DNA from: Nitrospinaceae bacterium
GTDB taxonomy: Bacteria; Nitrospinota; Nitrospinia; Nitrospinales; Nitrospinaceae
DNA: 64,000 bases
Assembly (NCBI GenBank): GCA_965237905.1
Contig: OZ250172.1
Span: 576,001-640,000 of the forward strand
Direction: 5' to 3'
Shown here piece by piece: positions 1 through 10,082 of this stretch; within the stretch, counting starts at the first letter, position 1, and each line of letters opens with the position of its first letter. The notes beneath the pieces are model-generated. The model had not been told where the DNA came from. It was given only the letters and a program-made list of their open reading frames with translations, and did not search any database. Both the position numbers and the translations under genes were made by a program.

Positions 1-327
1 GTCACTCCCGTCGATATCATCCATGGCAACATGACGATACTGGGCTACAAGGTCAACAACGCAGCTTATGTCACCGATTGCAGCGGTCTACCGGATAAAG
101 CCAAAGAAATCCTGTCCGGGCTGGATGTCCTCGTCCTGAATGCTCTGGGTTTTGAACCGCATGCCACGCACTTTTGCCTGAGCGAGTCGCTGGAGGCTAT
201 TGCCGGGCTCAAACCGAAACGGGCGATCCTCACTCATATCAACCACAAGTTCGATCACGAAACAGTCAGCCGGGATTTGCCGGATAATGTGGAGTTGGCT
301 TACGACGGGTTGACGGTGGATTTGTAA
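1..327 (+). CDS. MBL-fold metallo-hydrolase (PhnP-like), 5' end outside window
   Basis: Frame open from base 1; motifs AYVTDCS, HATHF and LTHINH, and the C-terminal LAYDGL, are typical of the PhnP-like MBL C-terminus. Confidence 0.8.
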   Translation, partial: VTPVDIIHGNMTILGYKVNNAAYVTDCSGLPDKAKEILSGLDVLVLNALGFEPHATHFCLSESLEAIAGLKPKRAILTHINHKFDHETVSRDLPDNVELAYDGLTVDL

Positions 328-618
328 TCAGTCCAGATCAAAATCGCGGAGGGGTTTGGTGTCGTCGGATTTATCGACGTTCTTCTGCGCTTCCTTGAAT
401 TTTTCTGCCAGGATGCGGGCCTTGTCTTTTTGCAGTTCCTTTTGTTTCTGGAACATGGACTGGCTCTCTTTCTGATGCTCGGCAAGATCATGGACCATAT
501 CGGAGAGAGAGGAAAACTCTTTTTTCTTCTCCTCTTTCCAAAGCACCTCACCGGTTTTTTGATCCACCTGTATTTTGGCTTCGCAACAGGGGCATGTGAT
601 TTCCAGTTTCGAGCTCAT
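328..618 (-). CDS. Small hypothetical protein (CPCC Zn-ribbon-like N-terminus, charged helical C-terminus)
   Basis: ATG at 618 with purine-rich upstream sequence; MSSKLEITCPCCEAKIQVD then a Lys/Glu-rich helix. Confidence 0.65.
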   Translation of the reverse strand: MSSKLEITCPCCEAKIQVDQKTGEVLWKEEKKKEFSSLSDMVHDLAEHQKESQSMFQKQKELQKDKARILAEKFKEAQKNVDKSDDTKPLRDFDLD

Positions 619-786
619 GGTCCGGCCTTTCCCAAAAATAAGAGAACGAATAACAATTGACCCAGCAAAATTATAGCAGAAATTGAATGTCTTCAAAAGT
701 CCCACTGGTGGAACCCTCGTTAAATTTAATATGGCATCTCTCCCTGCCCTTCCCTACAATAGCCTCTTTAAAATAGGGAACCCAGC

Positions 787-1503
787 ATGTCAGCACAGGG
801 ATTGTTCATAACGGGAACGGATACCGGAGTCGGGAAAACCGTGGTCACCGCGGCGATTCTGGCCCATTTCCTACACCAGGGGAAAAAGGCCGGGGTCATG
901 AAACCCATCGAAACCGGGGTGGACAGCGAGTGCAGTTCACCAGCCAATTCCGATGCGCTGTTTCTGATGCAATGCGGCGGCATCGAAGATGCTCTGGCGG
1001 AGATATGCCCTGTTCGTCTGAAGCCCGCCGCCTCGCCTTTCCAGGCAGCCCTCATCGAAAACCGCTCCATCCAACTGGAAACGATTCTGTCGGCCTACAA
1101 AAAACTTTCGGGCCAATACGATTGGATGCTGGTGGAGGGCATCGGCGGCGTACGCGTCCCTATCACCCGCGATTACGGAGTGGTGGAGCTGATACGCGAT
1201 CTGGGCTTGCCCGCGTTGGTGGTGGCACGTTATCAACTGGGAACCCTTAACCATACGTTGATGACTTTGGACACGCTGAAGCAAAACGGTATTCCGGTGA
1301 GAGGGGTCGTCTTCTGCCAGACCGAACCCGGGGCACCAGATGCCATCGAACAGGACCAACCCCGGTTGGTCGAGGAGTTGTCGGGAACTCAGATTCTGGG
1401 TACATTCCCGTATATCGACAACCTGAACACACAAAGTTTTTCTCCGGAGAAGTTGAAGGAATTGGAAGCGTCCGTCGACTTCTCAGGGTTAACCCAAAAT
1501 TAG
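787..1503 (+). CDS. bioD: Dethiobiotin synthase
   Basis: FITGTDTGVGKT P-loop, MKPIETG, VEGIGG, LGTLNHT. Confidence 0.95.
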   Translation: MSAQGLFITGTDTGVGKTVVTAAILAHFLHQGKKAGVMKPIETGVDSECSSPANSDALFLMQCGGIEDALAEICPVRLKPAASPFQAALIENRSIQLETILSAYKKLSGQYDWMLVEGIGGVRVPITRDYGVVELIRDLGLPALVVARYQLGTLNHTLMTLDTLKQNGIPVRGVVFCQTEPGAPDAIEQDQPRLVEELSGTQILGTFPYIDNLNTQSFSPEKLKELEASVDFSGLTQN

Positions 1504-1515
1504 GAGACCGCTTTT

Positions 1516-2520
1516 ATGAATATAGATTGCTATGCCGCACAGGCCGCCAAAGCGCCGCTTGAAAAGTTCAATTACACCTCCCGCAATCTGGGTCCATGGG
1601 ACGTCGAAGTTAAAATCAGCCATTGCGGCATCTGCCATAGCGACACCCATCTGGTGGACAACGACTGGGGCATTTCCCAATATCCCCTGGTACCGGGACA
1701 TGAAATCGTCGGAACCGTATCGGCCATGGGTTCCTCAGTCAAACATTTGAAAGCCGGACAACGGGTGGGTATCGGCTGGCAGTGCTCCTCGTGCATGACC
1801 TGCGAATGGTGCATCTCCGGCAAGGAAAACCTGTGCCTGGAAATTGGAGGCACCTGCCTGGGGAATTATGGCGGTTTTGCCAAAGCTATCGTCGTTGACA
1901 GCCGGTTTGCCTTCGTTTTGCCTGACGGATTGGAGTCGGAAAATGCCGCGCCTCTGTTGTGCGGCGGCATCACCGTGTTCGCTCCCCTCATTCATTTTGA
2001 CATTCGTCCCGCCATGAAGGTCGGAGTGATCGGCGTCGGGGGTCTGGGACACCTGGCCCTGCAGTTTTACAAAGCCTGGGGATGCGAGGTAACCGCCTTT
2101 TCAGCCACCCCCGGAAAAGAAAAAGAGGCGAAAGATTTCGGCGCTCATCAGGTACTCAATTCAAAAGATCCAGAAACCCTGAAAGCCAATACCGCTACAC
2201 TGGATTTTATCATTTCGACGGTCCCGGCGGACCTCGACTGGGGAGCCTATCTCGACGTATTACGTCCGGAGGGCCAGTTGTGCATGGTGGGCATTCCGCA
2301 AAGCGCCATTTCCATCCCGGCGTTCCCCCTGATTGTGGCCCGGAAGTCGGTTCGTGGCAGTCCCATCGGCAGCCGGGGGGATATTGAAACCATGTTGGCC
2401 TTCGCGGCACGTCACGGAATCGAAGCCCAAACCGAATCATTCGCCATGAACGAGGTCAACCCTGCCATGGACCGGGTGCGGAACAATCAGGCCCGGTACC
2501 GCGTTGTTTTAAAAAACTGA
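1516..2520 (+). CDS. Zn-dependent NAD(P) alcohol dehydrogenase (cinnamyl-ADH/Ahr-like)
   Basis: CGICHSD, GHEIVG, structural-Zn CxxCxxCx7C, APLLCGGIT, GVGGLG. Confidence 0.9.
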   Translation: MNIDCYAAQAAKAPLEKFNYTSRNLGPWDVEVKISHCGICHSDTHLVDNDWGISQYPLVPGHEIVGTVSAMGSSVKHLKAGQRVGIGWQCSSCMTCEWCISGKENLCLEIGGTCLGNYGGFAKAIVVDSRFAFVLPDGLESENAAPLLCGGITVFAPLIHFDIRPAMKVGVIGVGGLGHLALQFYKAWGCEVTAFSATPGKEKEAKDFGAHQVLNSKDPETLKANTATLDFIISTVPADLDWGAYLDVLRPEGQLCMVGIPQSAISIPAFPLIVARKSVRGSPIGSRGDIETMLAFAARHGIEAQTESFAMNEVNPAMDRVRNNQARYRVVLKN

Positions 2521-2618
2521 ACGGGCAGATAGACCTCAGGCAAAACTCCATTGCTTGACAATGCTTTCAATGGATGTCATGTTTTCGTAATCCGTTGACC
2601 GTTTGAAAGGAACCCCCT

Positions 2619-3143
2619 ATGAAAAAATGGTTCATGCTGACCCTGGTGGGACAAGACCGTCCCGGCATCGTCTCCCAAATCACCCGCGCATTGTATGAAG
2701 GCGAGTGCAACCTGGGGGAAGCATCCATGGTACGACTGGGCGGCAACTTTACCGTCATGCTCATGGTCCAGTTCGCGGGAAACGAACCCGCGCTGGATGA
2801 TTTGATCGGGCCGGTCTGCCGATCCTTTGACCTGCGCCATCATGTGGATGCGATTGAGGGTGAATTGTTGCACCACATGGAGCCGGACGTCCGCATCACC
2901 GTTTACGGGGCGGACCGGTCGGGTATCGTCGCAGAGGCCACGGGAACCCTGGCTGAAAAAGGATTCAACATCCTTAATCTGGAATCCGATGTCGGGGGCA
3001 CGGCGGAGAATCCCATCTATGTCATGACCATTGAGGGGGTCGCGGAACAGGGGATCGAGGTCCTCGAAGGAGCGCTTCAAAAACTGGCGCAGGAAAAGGG
3101 GTTGGAAACTCAATTGGAACCTATTGATACGCTGATCGGGTAA
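2619..3143 (+). CDS. Tandem ACT-domain protein (GcvR-like)
   Basis: Two ACT repeats: GQDRPGIV and GADRSGIV. Confidence 0.85.
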   Translation: MKKWFMLTLVGQDRPGIVSQITRALYEGECNLGEASMVRLGGNFTVMLMVQFAGNEPALDDLIGPVCRSFDLRHHVDAIEGELLHHMEPDVRITVYGADRSGIVAEATGTLAEKGFNILNLESDVGGTAENPIYVMTIEGVAEQGIEVLEGALQKLAQEKGLETQLEPIDTLIG

Positions 3144-3148
3144 GGTGC

Positions 3149-3673
3149 ATGGCTGTTCTTGATATATTGGTTTATCCCGATCCGCGATTGAAACAGATTT
3201 CAAAACCGGTGGCACAATTTGACGATTCCCTGCGACGCTTTATTCGGGACCTGGAAGAAACCCTACGAGCCGGGCCGGGGGGCGTCGGCATTGCCGCGCC
3301 GCAGGTCGGATACTTTGAGCGCATCGTGATTGTGGATGTCTCCTGTAAACCCAAGATCAAACACCACGGCCGGCTGGTCTTGATCAACCCGGAAATCCTC
3401 TCGCGGGAAGGGTCGGCGGTCGGACGCGAGGGATGCCTGTCCGTCCCCGAGTACATCGGGAACGTGGCCCGCGCCAAATTCATAACACTCCGAGCGCAGG
3501 ATGAATTCGGCGACTCACGCGAGTTTCAGATGGAGCGCTATGAAGCGCGAGCCGTCCAGCATGAAATAGACCATCTGGACGGGCTTTTGCTCCTCAACCG
3601 GCTGGTCAGCCGCCGGGATTTGTTCCGCCGTCAAACCCAGGAAGCAACTGCACCCAAACCCAAACCTGCCTGA
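3149..3673 (+). CDS. def: Peptide deformylase
   Basis: GVGIAAPQVG, EGCLS, QHEIDHLDG. Confidence 0.95.
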   Translation: MAVLDILVYPDPRLKQISKPVAQFDDSLRRFIRDLEETLRAGPGGVGIAAPQVGYFERIVIVDVSCKPKIKHHGRLVLINPEILSREGSAVGREGCLSVPEYIGNVARAKFITLRAQDEFGDSREFQMERYEARAVQHEIDHLDGLLLLNRLVSRRDLFRRQTQEATAPKPKPA

Positions 3674-3922
3674 TTTATTTTCTGATACGACAAGCTATTC
3701 AAGAGTCCAGTGAGCAACCGCAAAGAATAAACAATCCGAGGCACGGATCTGAAAATCATTGAATTTCCTACTCTAACGCTCCCCTTCCCTGCCACCGGAA
3801 ACCACCCTTGTGCTTTTTCCTACGTTTGGACAACCCGATCCTGCCACAAAACCTGTGGCAATCTGAGAATGACCTGTTACATTAATAAGATAGAGTCAAT
3901 TCACATTTTCAGGATAAGAGTT

Positions 3923-4561
3923 ATGCAAAAAACCAAAGCGTTGGCATGGGCAGGCGGTCTTTTACTTTTGCTGGGAACCGCCGCAGGCTGTAATATTAAA
4001 AAAGCGGACACAGCTTTTCTGGACCTCAATACCAGAATACTCATCCACGAATCCAATCTGGGTGGCGGCAAGAACCTGGAGGTTTCCGTAGTGGACAAAA
4101 GAAGGCATAAAACCCTGATGAGGAGAGAATCAGAAAGAAAAATCAGATCCGGCCGGGCTTTGGTTGTAAAGGATTACCATCCATCTCTTCGAATAGATGC
4201 CAGCTTCCAAGAAACCGCCACCGAAGCTTTTCAATTGCAAGGATACCACACGGATGGCAAAGGTACCGGGAGCGCCCGGGAAGTAACCATCTACATCACC
4301 AAAATGGATCTTCGACTACGCAAGGAAAGAACTCGCTCGGGTTCTCTACCCAAAGTCCAGGCCCGGCTTCGCTCAAAAATGAAAGTGTCCGCCAAGAACC
4401 GAGGCATGGCTTACGGAAACGAATACGAGTTTTTCATCAAAAAATCCTACCAAGGCCCTCCTGAAAAACTAGAAACCGAAAAGGTTCTGAATTACGGTCT
4501 CACCCAGCTCCTGCACCAGATACTGGAAGATCCCAAACTCGCCCAATTTCTAACCAGCTAA
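3923..4561 (+). CDS. YajG-like lipoprotein
   Basis: Lipobox AAG-C after hydrophobic stretch; VxVxDxR motif; C-terminal ILEDPKLAQFL; ATG 3923 chosen for signal peptide length. Confidence 0.65.
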   Translation: MQKTKALAWAGGLLLLLGTAAGCNIKKADTAFLDLNTRILIHESNLGGGKNLEVSVVDKRRHKTLMRRESERKIRSGRALVVKDYHPSLRIDASFQETATEAFQLQGYHTDGKGTGSAREVTIYITKMDLRLRKERTRSGSLPKVQARLRSKMKVSAKNRGMAYGNEYEFFIKKSYQGPPEKLETEKVLNYGLTQLLHQILEDPKLAQFLTS

Positions 4562-4803
4562 AAATAGGACCCGCTCATTATCGCAATTTCACTGCCCTTT
4601 TTCTAAAAAGGAGTGGGCGCGTAAATGGATCCAAGGCATGGGTGTTGTCTTCAAAATTACCCCCTCTCGAAAATGCTTACTAATGACCTTTTCAAGAACA
4701 ACAAACCCGGTTAATTGTAGTAAACTACGGCCCGACCAAAAGGTTACCGAATAACTCCCTGTCCGAGTTTGATTCTGCATCTCACTTCCCAAGCGGGTAA
4801 GCC

Positions 4804-5484
4804 ATGACAAAAATAATCAACTTTCCTGAAGTCCTAAAAAGCGCCCATCAAAGAAGATTACCTTATCTATTGATGGGGACAATGCTCGGAGTATTCGTTT
4901 CACTTTCAGGATTTGGGTGTACCCATGATCACAAAATTAATCTCAATCCGGAAATATTCGTCCGCGTCAGCAACATCGGTAACGGTGAAAGGCTGGTAGT
5001 TCGAGTAAAGGATACACGTTCCCAAAAAGCTATTTCCAAAAAAGAAACCAACCTTAAAGTAATTTCGGATCGCGCGGTCGACACGGTCAACATCTATGCA
5101 TCCTCCAGCGTTCGCGATACCGTTTCGGATAAGATAATGGCGGGCTTTGAACGGATGGGTTTTCATCCATCCAAACATGGCAACAATTCCAACCGAATGA
5201 TCACCGTGGAGATATCCAAGCTTCAATTGAACTACCAGAGTGGGAAAGTAGGCATTAAAATCCCGGAAGTCCACGCTCAAATGGAAACAATCCTCCGGGT
5301 ACAGGCCAGCCATGGAGATCAATCCTTCAAAAATATTTACAGCTCCCGAATGACCAAATCTCACCGCGTGCTTACCGGGAAATTCAAAAACGAGCGCTTG
5401 GTGAACAATAGTCTTTCCATGGCTATTCAAAAAATATTCGACGACCCTGAACTACTCCAATTTCTTTTACCAGGCAAACCTTGA
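4804..5484 (+). CDS. YajG-like lipoprotein, paralog of upstream gene
   Basis: Lipobox GFG-C; VRVKDTR; C-terminal IFDDPELLQFL. Confidence 0.65.
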   Translation: MTKIINFPEVLKSAHQRRLPYLLMGTMLGVFVSLSGFGCTHDHKINLNPEIFVRVSNIGNGERLVVRVKDTRSQKAISKKETNLKVISDRAVDTVNIYASSSVRDTVSDKIMAGFERMGFHPSKHGNNSNRMITVEISKLQLNYQSGKVGIKIPEVHAQMETILRVQASHGDQSFKNIYSSRMTKSHRVLTGKFKNERLVNNSLSMAIQKIFDDPELLQFLLPGKP

Positions 5485-5767
5485 CCCCGTTTCAAACCGT
5501 TATCTGATCCGCGGGGAATCATTCATAAGCCCAAATATTCTGGATCGCAAGGCACCTTAGCATTTAAAACTATTGAAATAACGTCATTAAAATCTGGTAC
5601 TTATTGCCAATCCAAAGGTATCGTGGTAATCTTAATCTTTGTAAATAATGAATTTATTCCTAATAGTTTTCAAAGAAAGGATTATTCCAAAGCTTCTGAA
5701 AACTTCAATTAAGCCATCTATTTGGATCGCGTGACCAAAGGATTTTAGGCCTGCATGACCACTGAAT

Positions 5768-7114
5768 TTGAGAGGGAAAAAGCTCGTGAAGTATTCTCAA
5801 CTGACCTTTGACGATCCCAATTACAAGAATACCCCTCCCCACCTTCGGCGGGACCGGATTGTTTCCAAGCTGAAGGAAAGTTTCGATTTTGAAAACGCCC
5901 ACCTGCGCTCCTCGTCTAATGAGGGTCAAGGCGTCTTGTCAAAATGCCACGGGTATGAAGCCCCGGATCAAGCCAAGGATCTCGGCATTTACCCCTATTT
6001 CCGCGAAATTGAAGCCATGAACGGCGCCCACGTCACCATTGGGGGACGCGACGTCATAACGGTATCCAGCAACAACTACCTGGGTCTGACCAAGGACCCC
6101 CGAGTCATCGAAGCGGCCAAAAGCGCTTTGGAGAAATTCGGTACCGGGTGCACCGGCAGCCGGTTTCTCAATGGAACCCTGAGTCTCCACAAAAAACTGG
6201 GAAGCGACATCTCCCACTTCCTGCAGCGGGAAGACACAATCGTCATGTCTACCGGTTACCAGGCCAATCAGGGAACCATCGCCTGTCTGCTGGGCCGGAA
6301 AGACATTGCTTTTTCCGACCGGGAAAACCATGCCAGCATCTATGAAGGATGCGCGGTGTCTCCCGGTAAAACGGTACGTTACCGCCACAACGACATGGAT
6401 CATCTGGAGCACTGCCTGAAAAAATATAGCGGAGTCGAAGGCAAATTGATCATCACCGACAGCGTTTTCAGCATGAGCGGCGACATCGCGAACCTTCCGG
6501 GGATCGTCAAGCTGGCGCGGGATTACAAAGCCAGCGTTCTGGTGGATGAGGCCCACGGCATGGGGGTCATCGATGACGCCGGCCGGGGGGCCACGAGCTA
6601 TTACAACCTGGAAAAGGAAATCGACATCTATGTCGGCACTTTTTCCAAAAGCATGGGATCCATTGGCGGATTTGTTTCTGCACATCCTAAAGTCACCGAA
6701 TACATCCGGCACAAGGCTTCGGCGTTTATCTTTACGGCCGCGTTGCCGCCGGCCTCCGTCGCCGGTGTCAATACTGCTTTAAACATTATGATTCAGGAAC
6801 CGGAGAGGATTCGGCAACTTCATGACAATACCACCTACATGAAAAAAGGATTGTTCGGCATGGGATATCAAATCAACAACAATCCGGTTCCGATTATTCC
6901 CATCAAAATCGGAGACGAGGCATTGACGCTTTATTTCAACCAACTCCTGTTCGATCAAGGGGTTTTCGCGGGAGTTGCCGTGTCACCCGTGGTTCCGGCC
7001 TTCCACGCGATGATACGAACCAGCTTCACCTCTGCCCACACGCAGGAGGATATGGACCACGTTCTCCACACCTTCAAAACCATCGGAACCGATTTGGGCA
7101 TTATCCCTCAGTAA
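5768..7114 (+). CDS. PLP-dependent alpha-oxoamine synthase, probable serine palmitoyltransferase
   Basis: SNNYLGL, GTGCTGSRFLNGT, DEAHG, GTFSKS PLP-lysine motif; start codon uncertain (TTG 5768 or GTG 5786). Confidence 0.8.
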   Translation: MRGKKLVKYSQLTFDDPNYKNTPPHLRRDRIVSKLKESFDFENAHLRSSSNEGQGVLSKCHGYEAPDQAKDLGIYPYFREIEAMNGAHVTIGGRDVITVSSNNYLGLTKDPRVIEAAKSALEKFGTGCTGSRFLNGTLSLHKKLGSDISHFLQREDTIVMSTGYQANQGTIACLLGRKDIAFSDRENHASIYEGCAVSPGKTVRYRHNDMDHLEHCLKKYSGVEGKLIITDSVFSMSGDIANLPGIVKLARDYKASVLVDEAHGMGVIDDAGRGATSYYNLEKEIDIYVGTFSKSMGSIGGFVSAHPKVTEYIRHKASAFIFTAALPPASVAGVNTALNIMIQEPERIRQLHDNTTYMKKGLFGMGYQINNNPVPIIPIKIGDEALTLYFNQLLFDQGVFAGVAVSPVVPAFHAMIRTSFTSAHTQEDMDHVLHTFKTIGTDLGIIPQ

Positions 7115-8235
7115 TGACCATCGTTTTAAAAAAGGTCGAATCCACCAGAGATACCGACCGCTTCATACATTTTCCACGCCAACTATATTCCGACGATACC
7201 CACTGGGTGGCTCCACTGGACAGCGAGAGAAAAAAGTTTCTCTCCCCGGAGATAAACCCTTTTTTTGATCATGCCGAAGCCGAGTACTTTCTCGCTTTAT
7301 CCACCGAAGGAAAAACTCTTGGGCGCATTGCCGCCGTCGTGGACCACGACCACAATCGGTTTCACAAGGAAAATACCGGCTTCTTCGGAATGTTTGAATG
7401 CGTCAATGATGTGGAGGTTTCCTCCCTTCTATTAAACGCGGTGGAGCAATGGTGCCGGAAGAAAGAAATGGACCGAATGCGGGGTCCTCTGAGCCTGTCT
7501 ATCAACCACGAATGCGGCCTGCTCGTGGAAAATTTTGACGACCCTCCAATCCTGGGAATTCCCTACAACCCTCCCTACTACGCTGACTTGTTCCTCCACT
7601 GGGGCTTGAAAAAAATCAAGGATATGGTCTCATTCAAGATTCAAATAACCCACATCCCAGAGCATCTACAAAGAGCGGTTCCATTAATTCAAAAAAGGAA
7701 CCGGTTTAGCATACGTTGCTTGCAGATGGATCGGTTTGACGAAGAATTGGATGTCCTGTGGGAAATTTACAATGCCGCATGGGAGACCAATTGGGGGTTC
7801 GTGCCGATGAATCACAAGGAGTTCGTTTTTACGGCACGGGAAATGAAGACCGTATTGGATCCCCGGCTATGCTTCATTGCCGAGGTGAACGGTGAACCCG
7901 CCGGATTTTGCCTGACTTTGCCGGACGTGAATCAGGCACTCAAACCCATGAAAGGAAAACTGTTTCCTTTCGGCTGGCTGAAGTTTATTCTAGGTAAGAG
8001 AAGGATTAATCGCTTCCGCGTGATCACTATGGGAGTCAAAAAGCAATATCAACGTTTGGGAATCGACGCCTTTTTTTACCACGCCACCTGCAAGCAATTA
8101 ATGGAAATAAATATCTATCGGCTGGATATGTCATGGGTTCTGGAGGACAACCAGGCCATGATCGGTCCCATTGAAAGATTCGGGGGCACCCCCTACAAAA
8201 GGCATCGAATTTATGAACGAAGTCTCACTCATTAA
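7114..8235 (+). CDS. GNAT-fold acyltransferase, probable bacterial ceramide synthase (bCerS/YghO-like)
   Basis: GRIAA...GFFGMFEC, RGPLS..INHECGLLVENFD, PYNPPYY, SWVLEDN; TAATG overlap with upstream gene. Confidence 0.75.
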   Translation: MTIVLKKVESTRDTDRFIHFPRQLYSDDTHWVAPLDSERKKFLSPEINPFFDHAEAEYFLALSTEGKTLGRIAAVVDHDHNRFHKENTGFFGMFECVNDVEVSSLLLNAVEQWCRKKEMDRMRGPLSLSINHECGLLVENFDDPPILGIPYNPPYYADLFLHWGLKKIKDMVSFKIQITHIPEHLQRAVPLIQKRNRFSIRCLQMDRFDEELDVLWEIYNAAWETNWGFVPMNHKEFVFTAREMKTVLDPRLCFIAEVNGEPAGFCLTLPDVNQALKPMKGKLFPFGWLKFILGKRRINRFRVITMGVKKQYQRLGIDAFFYHATCKQLMEINIYRLDMSWVLEDNQAMIGPIERFGGTPYKRHRIYERSLTH

Positions 8236-9220
8236 CGGGTCATCGACGCTCGTCACCGGTGCCACCGGTTTTATCGGGAGCCATCTGGTCGACGCTTTGC
8301 TGGAACGCGGATGCAAGGTGCATTGCGTAGTCCGTGAAACCAGCAACCTGCAATGGCTCGACACGTCCCGCGTAACCCTGCACACCGGGGATCTCCATCA
8401 CCCCGAAACCTATCAGGACAGTCTCACCGAAGTGGACTATGTGTTCCATTGCGCCGGTATCACCCGTGCCAAGAACAGGCATGAATACCTGCATAACAAT
8501 GCCCGGGTTTGCATTCCTTTTTATCGAAGTTGCGTCGAGTATGGAAAACAGATCAAACGGGTGGTGCATGTCAGCAGTCTTGCGGCGGTCGGCCCCACAC
8601 CTCTCGATCAGAAAGTCGATGAAGACACTCCATGTCATCCGCTAACCTATTACGGCAAATCCAAGTTGACCGGCGAAGAGATTGCCTTGGGATATGCTTC
8701 GGAACTTCCTATGGTGGTTCTACGTCCACCGGTGGTGTACGGGGAACGGGAAATCAACTTTTTCTCTTACTTAAAAGCCATCAAGTGGAGATTGGCCATC
8801 AAAATAGGGACCGCGCCGCGAACCCTCTCCCTTATTCATGTCAAAGATCTGGTCGATGCGATGATCCGGGCGGTGGAGGCTCCGGACCCGGATCGAAATG
8901 TTTTTTTCATCACCGACGGCACTATTTATTCGTGGGACGATGTGGCCAATGCCGCCATGAAAGCTCTGGAGGTCCGGGCGCAGACCGTGATCATCCCGGT
9001 TTCGTTGATGGGCTTTGCCGCCATGGTATCGGAATTTCTGGCAAAAATGGGAAACCGAACCCCGCTCCTCGACCGGCAACGGATGATCGATCTCCGCCAA
9101 AGCTCATGGACGGCATCGCCTCAGCGATTTTTCGACCATTATTCCTTCCAACCCCGGCTTGACCTGAATCAGGGCTTGAAACAGACATGCGCCTGGTATA
9201 AACAACAGGGGTGGCTCTGA
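8213..9220 (+). CDS. NAD-dependent epimerase/dehydratase (extended SDR), candidate ceramide/ketosphingoid reductase
   Basis: VTGATGFIGS, YGKSK (YxxxK), LRPPVVYG; overlaps upstream gene. Confidence 0.8.
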   Translation: MNEVSLINGSSTLVTGATGFIGSHLVDALLERGCKVHCVVRETSNLQWLDTSRVTLHTGDLHHPETYQDSLTEVDYVFHCAGITRAKNRHEYLHNNARVCIPFYRSCVEYGKQIKRVVHVSSLAAVGPTPLDQKVDEDTPCHPLTYYGKSKLTGEEIALGYASELPMVVLRPPVVYGEREINFFSYLKAIKWRLAIKIGTAPRTLSLIHVKDLVDAMIRAVEAPDPDRNVFFITDGTIYSWDDVANAAMKALEVRAQTVIIPVSLMGFAAMVSEFLAKMGNRTPLLDRQRMIDLRQSSWTASPQRFFDHYSFQPRLDLNQGLKQTCAWYKQQGWL

Positions 9221-9221
9221 A

Positions 9222-10082
9222 ATGTCTTTGCAAGACCAGATCAATCAAATCCGAAAAGACCTGGCAGAACCGGTGGTCCGGTGGATTCAGGAACCGGCCG
9301 CGCGGCCGCTCGTCTATGCTTTTAAAGAAACTCCAGTCACACCCAACCAAGTCACAGGCCTCTCGGCCATTCTGGCCATTGTGGCGGCGTATTTTTTTAG
9401 TTTTGGGGATACCCGCTCCATGATTCAGGGGGGGATTATTTTTGAAATATCCCTTATTCTGGATAGTGTGGATGGGGAACTCGCCCGGGCCAAAGGCTTG
9501 GCCAGCGAATGGGGGCGCATCGTGGACGGCATCGGCGATTACGTTTCCAGCATCGCCGTTTTAATTGGATTGATGATTGGGCTTCCCGACTCCAGGGGAG
9601 CACTACTCATTCTGGCGTTCCTCATATTTTTAAGAGGCGTCACTTTTGACTACTTCAAAGAAAGCATGATGAACAGAATAAAGCACGGGTATGACGGGTC
9701 ACAACGCGATATCCAAAAAACTTATGAAAAAATATCCGCATCCTCCTCCTTTATACTCAGAATCTATTTTTATTATTTGCAACTCCAGCAATTGCTGTTC
9801 AGAGGACATTGGACTTCTTTCAAGGGTTATGCTTCAGCCGGGTCATCGAAGGACGCCGCTTGGCCGGAAGAACAAAGACTACGCTATTATCAGGAAAAAC
9901 GACCCTTGATCATTCTTTGGAAATGGAACGGGCCGGATTTGATTTTTTTTCTCATCGCCCTGCTTTCCTGTTTTTCTATTCTGGATAGTTACTTGCAGTG
10001 GCTCTCAGGATTCATGATCATACAGTTGGTTATAACGTTCCTTCTTCATCATTATATGATTCGCAATGAAAAATATTCTTAA
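9222..10082 (+). CDS. CDP-alcohol phosphatidyltransferase family protein
   Basis: TPNQVT and DSVDGELAR...GRIVDGIGD (DxxDGxxAR...GxxxDxxxD); several hydrophobic segments. Confidence 0.9.
   Translation: MSLQDQINQIRKDLAEPVVRWIQEPAARPLVYAFKETPVTPNQVTGLSAILAIVAAYFFSFGDTRSMIQGGIIFEISLILDSVDGELARAKGLASEWGRIVDGIGDYVSSIAVLIGLMIGLPDSRGALLILAFLIFLRGVTFDYFKESMMNRIKHGYDGSQRDIQKTYEKISASSSFILRIYFYYLQLQQLLFRGHWTSFKGYASAGSSKDAAWPEEQRLRYYQEKRPLIILWKWNGPDLIFFLIALLSCFSILDSYLQWLSGFMIIQLVITFLLHHYMIRNEKYS

Noticed and set aside
5768..7114. Calling the oxoamine synthase bioF because bioA and bioD are in the window
   Set aside because: It is not adjacent to bio genes, carries the GTFSKS motif and is coupled to GNAT/SDR lipid genes; SPT is preferred, although BioF is not formally excluded
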